Source: Acidobacteriaceae bacterium
Lineage (GTDB): Bacteria > Acidobacteriota > Terriglobia > Terriglobales > Acidobacteriaceae
DNA: 64,000 nt
NCBI GenBank assembly: GCA_028283625.1
Contig: JAPWKG010000010.1
Span: 96-64,095, forward strand
Direction: 5' to 3'
A program made the position numbers and the translations under genes. The notes beneath the pieces are model-generated. The model saw only the letters and a program-made list of their open reading frames with translations, did no database searches and was not told the origin of the DNA. Within the stretch, counting starts at the first letter, position 1. Each line of letters begins with the position of its first letter. Positions 1 through 8,987 of the stretch are shown here, one piece after another.

Positions 1-816
1 TCCGCCGGAGCGGAGCCCTGTTCCACGATCAAGGTTGCGGTAGCGCTCGCAGCGCTGAAGGATGGCCTGGTTCACGCCGATACTCCGGTGAGCCTGGGGC
101 GTGGCTACTCCCTGGACCTGACCCACGCGCTGGCTCGCAGCGTAAACCTGTACTTCGAGGTGCTGGGACGCGCGCTGGGCTTTGACCGCGTAAAGCATTA
201 CGCCAACGAGTTTGGCCTTGGGGAACTCGCCGGGTACAACATTCCGAACGAACAGCTGGGCGTATACCCGGATGTGGCGCTGCCGCAGGCACAGGGCGGT
301 GTGGGAAGGATGTGCTCGTTCGGGGAAAGCATTTCGATGACACCGTTGCAACTGGGCGCGCTGGTTTCCGCCATTGCCAACGGTGGAACACTGTATTACC
401 TGCAGCACCCGACGACACCGGACGAAGTAAAGAGCTTTGAACCCAAGGTGAAACGACTGCTGGATATCCAGCCAATCATTCCGGATATTCTGCCGGGCAT
501 GGCAGGCGCGGTGAACTTTGGAACGGCACGCTCGCTGCACGCCAACTTTGTGCAGTTCCCTGTGCTGGGTAAGACGGGCACCTGCTCCAACAACGGCACG
601 CGTTATGGCTGGTTTGTTAGCTATGGCGAAGCACCATCAGGCCGGATTGTGACCGTTATCTTCCTGAACGGCGACCACAACGTTGCCGGACCCAAGGCCG
701 CGGAGCTGACGGGCGAGTTTTACCGCGCGATGTCGCAGCGCAACTATTTTGCGAGCGGAACGGCCGCTCCTTCGCCTGCTCCGGCGATTACCGCTGCAGC
801 GAATACGGGACAGTAA
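1..816 (+). CDS. Penicillin-binding transpeptidase domain protein (5' truncated by window)
   Basis: Frame 1 is open from base 1. Catalytic motifs STIK (SxxK), SVN (SxN) and KTGT; also 'SFGESISMTPLQL'. Confidence 0.85.
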   Translation, partial: SAGAEPCSTIKVAVALAALKDGLVHADTPVSLGRGYSLDLTHALARSVNLYFEVLGRALGFDRVKHYANEFGLGELAGYNIPNEQLGVYPDVALPQAQGGVGRMCSFGESISMTPLQLGALVSAIANGGTLYYLQHPTTPDEVKSFEPKVKRLLDIQPIIPDILPGMAGAVNFGTARSLHANFVQFPVLGKTGTCSNNGTRYGWFVSYGEAPSGRIVTVIFLNGDHNVAGPKAAELTGEFYRAMSQRNYFASGTAAPSPAPAITAAANTGQ

Positions 817-831
817 GCATCCACTGAACGT

Positions 832-2415
832 ATGAAGATTCTCTCCTCCCACGAAATGACCTCGGCAGACCGGCTCTCTGTGGAGGCAGGCATCTCCATC
901 CACTCCTTGATGGAGGCCGCAGGGAGCGCGGTGGCACGGTTTGCGCAGCAGCGCTATCCGCAGGCGGCGTTGGTGGTGGTGCTTGCCGGTAAGGGTAACA
1001 ACGGCGGCGACGGCATGGTGGCCGCACGTCTGCTGGCTGCAGAGGGCAAGCGGCGGGTTCGCCTTGTTCTGCTCGGACAGGCCAGCGAACTGAAGGGCGA
1101 CGCATTGGCCGCATGGGAAGCCTGCGGGGCACAGGTAGAACGCGTGGAAGCGCTCGAAGCCGGAACGCTGGAAACAGCGCTACAGGGCGCGGCGTTGATC
1201 GTCGATGCGGTGCTCGGCACGGGGTTTAAGCCTCCGGTGCGCGGTTTGGCTGCGGTGGCGCGCGACCTGCTTGCGTCCTGCTCCACACGGGTCCTTGCGG
1301 TCGATGTACCCAGCGGCTGGGATGCTGATTCCCTGCAGCAGAGCGAGCCGGAAGCGTTTCGAGCCGATGCGGTGGTCACCTTTGCCGCGCCGAAGCTGGC
1401 GCACCTGTTTGGCCACATGACCGCCCCCAACAGCATGGGCCCTGTCGTGGTGGCGCCGATCGGCACCCCGGAGTCGGCGATCGGTTCCGAGCAGGGGCTG
1501 CACTGGACCGGAAGCGCCAAAGCGCTGACGGAGACCCCACGCAACATCAACTCGAACAAAGGGCGGTTTGGGCACGTTCTGATTGTGGGTGGAGCGCTGG
1601 GGAAGGCTGGTGCTCCGTCCATGTCGTCGCTGGCAGCGCTGCGTGCCGGTGCCGGGTTGGTGACCGCGGCGGTAGTGCCAGAGATCCTGCCAACGGTGGC
1701 ACAGATAGCCCCTGAGCTGATGCTGACCCCACTGGACCTGCAGGCAAGTGAGTTCGACGCGCTGCTGAAAGGTATTACGGTGCTGGCGATCGGCCCCGGC
1801 TTTGGCACGGAAGCTGCGGCTGCAGCGTTTGTGCCGCGATTGCTGCGCGCAACGCCGGAGCTTCCCGTGGTGCTGGATGCTGATGCGCTGAATATCGTGG
1901 CCAAGCAAGAGGGCCTGCTGCGAGAGCTCTCCAGCACAGTGACCAGCAAGGGCAAACCGCGCAGCGTGGTGCTGACTCCGCACCCTGGTGAGTTTGCCCG
2001 CCTGACCGGGCTGACGGTGAAAGAGGTCGAGGCGGACCGCATTCGGCTGGCGCGCGACTTTGCCACAAAGCACGGCGTTACGCTGGTGCTGAAGGGATGG
2101 CGCACGCTGGTGGCGCATCCTGATGGCCACATCGGCGTGAACTCGACCGGCAATCCGTCGATGGCCAAGGGCGGCTCCGGCGATATTCTTACCGGCATCG
2201 TTGCCGCGATGCTGGGCCAGTTCCCTGACCGGGTGGCCGATGCGGTAGAGACCGCCGTGTATCTGCACGGGCTTGCCGGAGAGTTTGCAACCGTGGCGCA
2301 GGATGAACACACTGTACTGGCCACCGACACCGTGCATCACCTCTGCGACGCGTTCCAGGCGCGCGCAACCGATGCCGATTACTTCACCTGGATTACCGGA
2401 TTGGCAAAACGATGA
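832..2415 (+). CDS. nnr: Bifunctional NAD(P)H-hydrate epimerase/dehydratase
   Basis: GKGNNGGDG, DAVLGTG, DVPSG, DADALN, TPHPGEF and GGSGDILTG motifs of YjeF N and C domains. Confidence 0.95.
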   Translation: MKILSSHEMTSADRLSVEAGISIHSLMEAAGSAVARFAQQRYPQAALVVVLAGKGNNGGDGMVAARLLAAEGKRRVRLVLLGQASELKGDALAAWEACGAQVERVEALEAGTLETALQGAALIVDAVLGTGFKPPVRGLAAVARDLLASCSTRVLAVDVPSGWDADSLQQSEPEAFRADAVVTFAAPKLAHLFGHMTAPNSMGPVVVAPIGTPESAIGSEQGLHWTGSAKALTETPRNINSNKGRFGHVLIVGGALGKAGAPSMSSLAALRAGAGLVTAAVVPEILPTVAQIAPELMLTPLDLQASEFDALLKGITVLAIGPGFGTEAAAAAFVPRLLRATPELPVVLDADALNIVAKQEGLLRELSSTVTSKGKPRSVVLTPHPGEFARLTGLTVKEVEADRIRLARDFATKHGVTLVLKGWRTLVAHPDGHIGVNSTGNPSMAKGGSGDILTGIVAAMLGQFPDRVADAVETAVYLHGLAGEFATVAQDEHTVLATDTVHHLCDAFQARATDADYFTWITGLAKR

Positions 2416-2861
2416 GAGAGTGGACCCGAGAGAAGCGGCTGCGTACACGCAGCGAAAATGGAACCCTGGCACTGGGCGAGTTGATCACCGAACTGCTGCT
2501 GCCCCCCAAGCTCGTGGTACTGCGCGGGCCGTTAGGCGCAGGCAAGACCACGCTGGTGCGCGGCATCGCACAGGCACTGGGTGCCGATACTGCGGACGTC
2601 TCCAGCCCCACCTTCACACTGGTGCAGGAGTATCAGGGCCGCAAGACCAAGCTGTACCACATTGACCTGTACCGCCTGGAGAATGAGCAGGAGCTCGAAG
2701 GGATCGGGCTGTGGGAGATGGCCGACCAGGACAATGTGCTGGTGCTGGTGGAGTGGGGAGACCGCTTCGAGTCCGTAATGGAGCGTGCGGATGCAGAGAT
2801 CCTGATCGGGCCGGGTGAGGTGGACAACGAACGCCTGCTGCTGGTGCACTGGCGCGAGTAA
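2412..2861 (+). CDS. tsaE: tRNA t6A biosynthesis ATPase TsaE
   Basis: GPLGAGKTT, SPTFTLV, HIDLYRL and VEW motifs; ATGA overlap with nnr. Confidence 0.95.
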   Translation: MREWTREKRLRTRSENGTLALGELITELLLPPKLVVLRGPLGAGKTTLVRGIAQALGADTADVSSPTFTLVQEYQGRKTKLYHIDLYRLENEQELEGIGLWEMADQDNVLVLVEWGDRFESVMERADAEILIGPGEVDNERLLLVHWRE

Positions 2862-2888
2862 CGCGGAAGAGTTCAACGCTTAAAACAC

Positions 2889-2925
2889 AAAGGCCGCGGC
2901 GGTTTGTCGCGGCCTTCTCCTTTGT
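2889..2925. terminator. Probable bidirectional intrinsic terminator
   Basis: aaggccgcg...cgcggcctt hairpin with T-rich tails on both strands, between tsaE and a convergent sORF. Confidence 0.7.
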
Positions 2926-3031
2926 CGTTCCTGAAACTTCGGAGGCACACTCTCAAGGGGTGCCGTGCAGCAGGGTGATGCAAAGCAAATCAGTGCACAG
3001 TACTACAGGTCCTGCAGGTAAAACGGTTGAG

Positions 3032-3133
3032 TTACTGGTTGCGCCAGTCAGAGTTAGAACGGTCGCGCATGCCGATGAAGGCGGGAACGAAAACAGTCAA
3101 ACCAGCAAACGTAGTGAGTAAAAGGTTGTACAC
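3032..3133 (-). CDS. Small 33-aa membrane peptide (MYNLLLTTFAGLTVFVPAFIGMRDRSNSDWRNQ)
   Basis: Translated by hand. AAGGAG RBS 7 nt before a GTG start, one hydrophobic segment, charged tail, TAA stop, downstream terminator. Below the ORF-track length cutoff. Confidence 0.7.
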   Translation of the reverse strand: MYNLLLTTFAGLTVFVPAFIGMRDRSNSDWRNQ

Positions 3134-3370
3134 GGTAGTTCTCCTTGATATTCAGGCGCACGGGAATCCCCGGGCGCTAAGCCCAACTTGTTGGGGGTAA
3201 TGGGAATATGTTTCCAGTGAGGGCAGGATCGGGATCATGACCCGTCTGTCGCAAAGCACCGGTAGTTCTGGGGCCTTTGGCCAGATGCTGCCCGGCTGCT
3301 GCCGCACCGCTCTGACTCTGCTCCCAAGAAGCCTATGTTTATAAGATACGCCTAAGGCTTTTTGGATGCA

Positions 3371-3398
3371 CAGTTACCGATTTTTTGTTCGGTAACTG
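3371..3398. promoter_or_regulatory. Perfect 10-bp inverted repeat (operator or terminator)
   Basis: cagttaccga-ttttttgt-tcggtaactg. Confidence 0.45.
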
Positions 3399-3492
3399 GT
3401 CCGGCTGCTGTTTGTTTTCAGAGCCTTTGACCAACACTTAGAGATACGTTGGCCACAAAAGTAAGTTCCCTGTTTTTCAAAAAAAAGTTTTT

Positions 3493-4236
3493 TTACTTAG
3501 TGGACTTACGTCCGCGGCCGGTAAAACGATAGATCGCACAAAGCTCGTCTCCGGTTGAACCGTACTCCGTTTGCTGTGCGATTTCAGCCAGATCCGCCAG
3601 ATGGTCGTCTGCCGACATAGGCACACGACCGAGCCAGATGCGCTCGAAGGCCGGATCGTGGTCGAGCACAGAATCATGCTCGGCGTTGGCGTAGATGAGG
3701 TCAAAGCTCTGGCCGCCGGAAGAAACGGAGCGCTCGACGTGACGCAGAAAGCGCTTGAGCAGCCTGGACTCAAACGGATGGAACAGGAAAGCCAGCGTAG
3801 CTTCGGCGGGTAAGGGCTGCACGGTGGCGTCGGCCTGATGCAGTAAAAGAGGTGCGAGCGCTTCCGCGCTGTTGTCCTCGTTCCAGATCGCGATATTTTT
3901 CCGGGCGATGGCGGCGAGCTCCTCGTTCAGCTCGATGCCTTCGACACGCAGAAACGGCAGTTGCGAGGCCAGCAGCATGGCACGCCCCTTACCTGCCCCC
4001 ACGTCGAGAAAGACGGTCTGCTCGATCGGTTTCTGAGGATGCAGCCGCTGTAACCAGAGATCGCACAGAGCGCTGAGGATAGAGGGCGCAATGCCATAGT
4101 AGGCCGTGAGGTCCTGATGGGGATGGGCTGTTCCGCGCGCAATGATCGGACCTTCAATCAGGCCGCCGGTATCGGTACCGTGGAGCCGGTCAAAGGGATG
4201 TACAGGAGGTGCGGCGGGAACGTTCTTGCGAGCCAT
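3493..4236 (-). CDS. Class I SAM-dependent methyltransferase
   Basis: FLDVGAGKGRA motif I, VEGIEL, ADA and FLFHPF. Confidence 0.85.
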   Translation of the reverse strand: MARKNVPAAPPVHPFDRLHGTDTGGLIEGPIIARGTAHPHQDLTAYYGIAPSILSALCDLWLQRLHPQKPIEQTVFLDVGAGKGRAMLLASQLPFLRVEGIELNEELAAIARKNIAIWNEDNSAEALAPLLLHQADATVQPLPAEATLAFLFHPFESRLLKRFLRHVERSVSSGGQSFDLIYANAEHDSVLDHDPAFERIWLGRVPMSADDHLADLAEIAQQTEYGSTGDELCAIYRFTGRGRKSTK

Positions 4237-4248
4237 CTATAGCCGAGC

Positions 4249-4551
4249 TTACCGCAGCATGGGGAAGAGCGGGGGCAACAGCTCCAGCTCTGTACGTGAG
4301 ATGGCTTCGATGCCTGCGAGGCGATTTTCAATCTGCGCGGCCATCTGCGCTGTGAGCGCTTCATCGCTGCTGGGCGCCTGGATACGCACGCGCGCAATGA
4401 ACTTCTCCGGCACGCCAACGATGCCCTGCCCGGGCGCGTCAAGATCGCGCACGAGCACCGCCGAGCGCACAAGCGAGGCCTCCACCAGGTTACGGCGGGT
4501 CACGGGATCAAAACAGTCACATAGAGCGCTTCGGAGGTCGGCTTCTGTCAT
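4249..4551 (-). CDS. DUF59/SufT-like small protein (degenerate)
   Basis: MTEADLRSALCDCFDPVTRRNLVEASLV resembles the DUF59 'DPE...NIVDLGLV' N-terminus; ends VELELLPP-like. Confidence 0.6.
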   Translation of the reverse strand: MTEADLRSALCDCFDPVTRRNLVEASLVRSAVLVRDLDAPGQGIVGVPEKFIARVRIQAPSSDEALTAQMAAQIENRLAGIEAISRTELELLPPLFPMLR

Positions 4552-4592
4552 GGCCCGGGGGGGGATGCAGCTCCCTTCTGTGACGTGTCGGG

Positions 4593-4997
4593 TTAGTTCG
4601 ATTCGTCGCGGTGGTCGTGCACGCAGGCATCCAGATGCTGCTGGCTGCGAGTATGCCATGCGGCGTCCTTATGGCCTCGATAAAACTCCAGCCATGTCAT
4701 GCAGCCACGCACGTTGGAGAGTATGTTCGCATTCGAGAGCAGGTTCGGGTTCTGCACGGCCGACTCAGCCGCCTGGACGGCGGCGAAGGCAGGGGCGAAC
4801 TGCTCTTCCGGCGCGTCGCGCAGGCTGGCCGCCTTCTCGAAGGCGGTCCACACCTCGGAGTCGACCGGGGTGAGCCTGGTGACCAGCACGGAAGAAGATG
4901 CCACATGTCGCTGCTGCTGATACCGCCAGACGTTCCAGGCACCGAGCAGCAGAATGATGACGACCATGATGATCTGTCTTGGCTTCAGAAACTTCAA
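4593..4997 (-). CDS. Hypothetical N-terminally anchored membrane protein
   Basis: N-terminal TM segment (IIMVVIILLLGAWNVW); TTG start overlaps the murC stop. Confidence 0.7.
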   Translation of the reverse strand: MKFLKPRQIIMVVIILLLGAWNVWRYQQQRHVASSSVLVTRLTPVDSEVWTAFEKAASLRDAPEEQFAPAFAAVQAAESAVQNPNLLSNANILSNVRGCMTWLEFYRGHKDAAWHTRSQQHLDACVHDHRDESN

Positions 4998-6448
4998 TGC
5001 TTCTCCTCCTGTGTACGTGCGCGCAGAGCCTCAAGCAGCAGCGGACCGGCTTGCGAGACGCTACCTGCGCCGAGCGTAAGAATGCAGTCACCGGGACGGG
5101 CATCCGCGGCTAGATTCGCTACGGCATCCGCCATGGAAGCGGCATACGACACGCGGCCTCCACCGGCCTGGCGAATAGCAGCGGCCAGGGTTTCTCCGCT
5201 GATGCCTTCCAGCGGCTGTTCGCTGGCAGCGTAGATATCGAGCACCTCCAGAGCGTCGGCGTCGCCAAAGGCTGTCGCGAACTCCTCCATGAGATCCCGT
5301 GTGCGGGTGTAGCGGTGCGGCTGGAAGAGGACCAGCACGCGGCCAAAGCCGCAAGTACGGGCGGCGGCCAGGGTGGCGCGAATCTCCGTGGGGTGGTGTC
5401 CGTAATCGTCCACGACGGTAACGCCATGCTCCACGCCACGCGTCTGGAAGCGGCGATCGACGCCTCGGAAGCTCTCCAGCCCGGCAGCGATCTTCTCCGG
5501 CGCGATCCCGAGCTGGATGCCGACCGCAACCGCTGCGGTGGCGTTCAGCAGGTTGTGCTTGCCGGGCACGCGCAGGGAAAAGGGTCCGAGCACCAGACCG
5601 CGGGTGTTGACCTCAAACGTGGCCCGGAATCCATCGCCTCTGCCGGGCAATACGCGGAGGCGGAAATCAGCGTCCGGCGACTCGCCGTAGGTGTAAAGAC
5701 GGCGCGTGACGCGGGGCAGAAGCGCGCGCAGCTGCGGGTTATCGATGCAGGCGGTCACCGCACCGTAGAACGGAACCTTGTCCATGAACTCAACAAACGC
5801 ATTCTCCACGTCGTCCATGTCCTTGTAGGTATCCATGTGCTCGCGGTCGAGGTTGGTGACGACAGCAAGCACGGGCGGCAGCTTGAGGAAGGAGCGATCG
5901 CTCTCGTCGGCCTCCGCGACCAGATACTGAGAGCGCCCGAGCCGTGCGTTGGAGCCAAGTGCGTCCACGCGGCCACCCACGACGACCGTAGGATCGAGCT
6001 CGCCGCCCGCCAGCACTGCGGCGATCATGCTGGTGGTCGTGGTTTTGCCGTGCATCCCGGCGACGGCAATGCCGTATTTAAGCCGCATCAGTTCGGCGAG
6101 CATCTCCGCACGCTGGATCACGGGGATCTTGCGCAGGCGTGCCTCCACCACCTCGGGATTGCTGCGAGCAACCGCCGAGCTGGTCACGACGACGTCGCTG
6201 GCCGCGGCGTTGGCCGCAGCGTGGCCGAGATAGATGGTGGCCCCCAGCGAGCGGAGCCGCTCTGTGCCCGCCGATTCGCGCAGGTCGGAACCGGAGACGG
6301 CGTAACCAAGCGTCAGCAGAATCTCAGCGATGCCGCTCATGCCGATACCGCCAATCCCGATGAAGTGAATCCGCTGCGAAGGGGCGAAAAGTGCGTGGTC
6401 TGGCGTGTTCAAGGCAAGGTTATCCGTGCGAAAAATCGTCCCTTCCAT
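4994..6448 (-). CDS. murC: UDP-N-acetylmuramate--L-alanine ligase (start approximate)
   Basis: HFIGIGGIGMSG, GMHGKTTTT, EADESD, DDYGHHPTE and FQPHRYTR motifs. Confidence 0.95.
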   Translation of the reverse strand: MEGTIFRTDNLALNTPDHALFAPSQRIHFIGIGGIGMSGIAEILLTLGYAVSGSDLRESAGTERLRSLGATIYLGHAAANAAASDVVVTSSAVARSNPEVVEARLRKIPVIQRAEMLAELMRLKYGIAVAGMHGKTTTTSMIAAVLAGGELDPTVVVGGRVDALGSNARLGRSQYLVAEADESDRSFLKLPPVLAVVTNLDREHMDTYKDMDDVENAFVEFMDKVPFYGAVTACIDNPQLRALLPRVTRRLYTYGESPDADFRLRVLPGRGDGFRATFEVNTRGLVLGPFSLRVPGKHNLLNATAAVAVGIQLGIAPEKIAAGLESFRGVDRRFQTRGVEHGVTVVDDYGHHPTEIRATLAAARTCGFGRVLVLFQPHRYTRTRDLMEEFATAFGDADALEVLDIYAASEQPLEGISGETLAAAIRQAGGGRVSYAASMADAVANLAADARPGDCILTLGAGSVSQAGPLLLEALRARTQEEKH

Positions 6449-6714
6449 TCTGCCTGATGCGGCGGTTGAGAAACAGCACAGCGCAGGACAGAAGCTCTGC
6501 AACCTGAAGGAGAAAGCCGGCCTGAAGGAAGCAGGCAAGCTTTCGCCGTTGATTTTTCAACTGCTTGAAGGTCACCGATGCTTTCCGAAACAAATCCTGA
6601 ACAATGTGTGTCTAATGGGATGAGAAATAACCGGCATGAGCCGGGATGCTCTTCCGCTCTCGCAGCGAAACCTGCAAGGCAGCCGCAGGCAAAACCGAAG
6701 GCGAGTAAGGAAGG

Positions 6715-7827
6715 ATGGACAGGATGATGAACATCAGACACACACTTCGTACCACGCTGGCAGCGGCCCTGATCGGTACCGCGGCGTTGGCTGCTTCTAC
6801 GCCCCCCGCTGAGGCCCAGATCGGCGTTTCCATCATGGCCGGCTATGCACCGCCGGCGATCCCGACCTATGACCAGCCGATGTGCCCCGAGGACGGCTAT
6901 ATGTGGACGCCGGGCTACTGGGCCTGGGGCCCTGATGGCTACTACTGGGTCGATGGCGCATGGGTGATGCCTCCTTACATGGGTGCGCTGTGGACGCCGG
7001 GCTGGTGGGGCTGGGGCGGTGGCGGCTATTACTGGCATGCAGGCTACTGGGGACGCACCATCGGCTACTACGGTGGCATCAACTATGGCTTTGGCTACTT
7101 CGGCGTAGGCTTCTACGGCGGCTACTGGAACGGTGGCCACTTCTGGTACAACCGCGCCTACGGCCACTTTGGCCCGGGCTTCCATGGCGGCTTCTACAAC
7201 CGTCCGTATGCGGGATACAACGGACGCCCGGGCGGCGCAAGCTTCCAGGCGCATCCGCCGAACGGCTTCGGCGGTGGCGGGGGTATGCACGGCGGCTACA
7301 ACCAGGGCTCGCCGATCAATGGCCGCGGTTCGGAAGGCTTTGCGCGTACCGCCGGCTTTGACCGCGGCGGGAACAACGGCGGCGGGAACAACGGCGGCTA
7401 CAACAATGCCGGTGGACGCAATAACTTCAGCGGTGGCGGTGGCAATAACGGCGGCTACGGCGGCGGCTCCTACAGCAACGGCGGTGGCAATCGCGGTGGC
7501 ATGAGCGGTGGCGGTTACCAAAACAACGGCGGCGGCTATGGCAATTCCCAGAGCGGTGGCAATATGAACAGCGGCCACAGCTACAGCAGCGGCGCACAGT
7601 CGCATAGCTTCAGCGGCGGCAGCAGCTATCAGGGTGGAGGCAACTTCGGCGGTGGCGGCAACCATACCTCCAGCAGCAGCTCGGGCTTTGGCGGCGGCGG
7701 ACGAAGTGGCGGCCAGAGCTTTGGTGGTGGCGGCGGTGGTGGTATGCACGGCGGCGGTGGTGGCGGCGGCTCCCACAGCGGCGGTGGAGGCGGCTCCCAC
7801 GGTGGTGGTGGCGGCGGACACCACTAA
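6715..7827 (+). CDS. Secreted YXWGXW-repeat protein with Gly-rich low-complexity tail
   Basis: Signal peptide ending AEA-Q; 'PPAIPTYDQPMCPEDGYMWTPGYWAW' and WxxGxW repeats; G/N/S/Y-rich C-terminal half. Confidence 0.85.
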   Translation: MDRMMNIRHTLRTTLAAALIGTAALAASTPPAEAQIGVSIMAGYAPPAIPTYDQPMCPEDGYMWTPGYWAWGPDGYYWVDGAWVMPPYMGALWTPGWWGWGGGGYYWHAGYWGRTIGYYGGINYGFGYFGVGFYGGYWNGGHFWYNRAYGHFGPGFHGGFYNRPYAGYNGRPGGASFQAHPPNGFGGGGGMHGGYNQGSPINGRGSEGFARTAGFDRGGNNGGGNNGGYNNAGGRNNFSGGGGNNGGYGGGSYSNGGGNRGGMSGGGYQNNGGGYGNSQSGGNMNSGHSYSSGAQSHSFSGGSSYQGGGNFGGGGNHTSSSSSGFGGGGRSGGQSFGGGGGGGMHGGGGGGGSHSGGGGGSHGGGGGGHH

Positions 7828-7846
7828 CCCCTAACCTGTAAGAACA

Positions 7847-7884
7847 GAAACGGCCGAGGATCTTCTCCTCGGCCGTTCTCTTTG
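7847..7884. terminator. Intrinsic terminator between YXWGXW gene and murG
   Basis: aacggccgagga-tcttc-tcctcggccgtt hairpin followed by ctcttt. Confidence 0.8.
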
Positions 7885-7913
7885 TGTGAGAGCGGAGGCT
7901 CTTCCCTTGCCCT

Positions 7914-8987
7914 TTACCGTGACGCTAACCGCAGGACAAGGCCTGCGATCTTCTCAAGCGCTCCGGGACGGGCCAACGAACGCGCGCGTGCGGCCATGGC
8001 CTGACGCAGCGAGGCATCGGTGAGCATCTCAAGCAAAGCAGCCTCAAGCAGCGGTGCGGTCAGATCGCGTTGCAGGATCATGCGGGCGGCGCCAGCCTCT
8101 GCGAGAACCTCCGCATTCTTGCGTTGATGGTCATCGGCGGCCTGAGGAAACGGCACCAGCAGAGAGGGCTTGCCTGCGGCGCAGAGCTCGCTGACGGTAG
8201 AGCCGGATCGTGCAAGCACGATATCCGCAGCGGCATACTGCGCGGGCATGTCCTGCAGAAACGCTTCCACGCTCCAACGGGCGGGGTCTGCACCGGTCTC
8301 TGCGAACGCCCGACGCGTCACCTCCAGATGGCGCGCACCGGCCTGATGGACGATGGTAAGACCGGGAACGGCGCTGAGCAGAGAGACGAGGATCTGCGGC
8401 ATCAGCTCGTTGAAGATCTGTGCGCCCTGGCTGCCGGCGGTGACCAGCAGACGGGCGGGGCCACCGGTCTTTTCCGGAAGAGTGAAGATCTCTGCACGCA
8501 CCGGAACGCCGGTGACCTCCGCGCCGTGAAAGAACGGCACGGTTTGCGTGAAGTTTACGGCAGCAGCGCTCACCCGCTTCCCCAACAGTCGGTTGGTCAT
8601 TCCCGGCACGGCGTTGGGCTCATAGGCCAACGTGGGAATGCGGAGCAGAACGGCCGCCAGCATGGCCGGGCCGCTGGCATAGCCGCCGACGCCAACCACC
8701 ACCTGCGGCCGAAAGCTGCGGAACAGGCGCATGCACTGCAGGACCCCGCGCGGAAGATCGAAGTAGGTTTTGAGGCGCGTCCTGAGGCTGACGCGGTTGA
8801 GCTGGCCGGAGCGCACAAGCTCCAGAGGGAAACCGGCTTCGGGAACCAGCCGGGTTTCAAGCCCTCGCGACGTCCCGATGAAGAGACACTCCGCGGCGTG
8901 ACGATCACGAAGCTCGCGGCCGATGGCGAGTGCCGGGACGACGTGCCCTCCCGTACCTCCGCCTGCGATCACAATACGCAATGCCAT
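7914..8987 (-). CDS. murG: Lipid II GlcNAc transferase MurG
   Basis: GGGTGGH, GGYAS, GSQGA and DDHQRKNA motifs. Confidence 0.95.
   Translation of the reverse strand: MALRIVIAGGGTGGHVVPALAIGRELRDRHAAECLFIGTSRGLETRLVPEAGFPLELVRSGQLNRVSLRTRLKTYFDLPRGVLQCMRLFRSFRPQVVVGVGGYASGPAMLAAVLLRIPTLAYEPNAVPGMTNRLLGKRVSAAAVNFTQTVPFFHGAEVTGVPVRAEIFTLPEKTGGPARLLVTAGSQGAQIFNELMPQILVSLLSAVPGLTIVHQAGARHLEVTRRAFAETGADPARWSVEAFLQDMPAQYAAADIVLARSGSTVSELCAAGKPSLLVPFPQAADDHQRKNAEVLAEAGAARMILQRDLTAPLLEAALLEMLTDASLRQAMAARARSLARPGALEKIAGLVLRLASR

Noticed and set aside
4557-4564. G8 tract just upstream of the DUF59-like start as a phase-variation site
   Set aside because: Short tract in a GC-rich genome, outside coding sequence, with no other support.
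6585-6616. ECF-type promoter GAAAC...GTCTAAT before the YXWGXW gene
   Set aside because: Plausible but too degenerate to call without TSS data.
6409-7824. Ala/Thr/Val-rich 471-aa minus-strand ORF
   Set aside because: Reverse complement of the GGC-rich YXWGXW gene.
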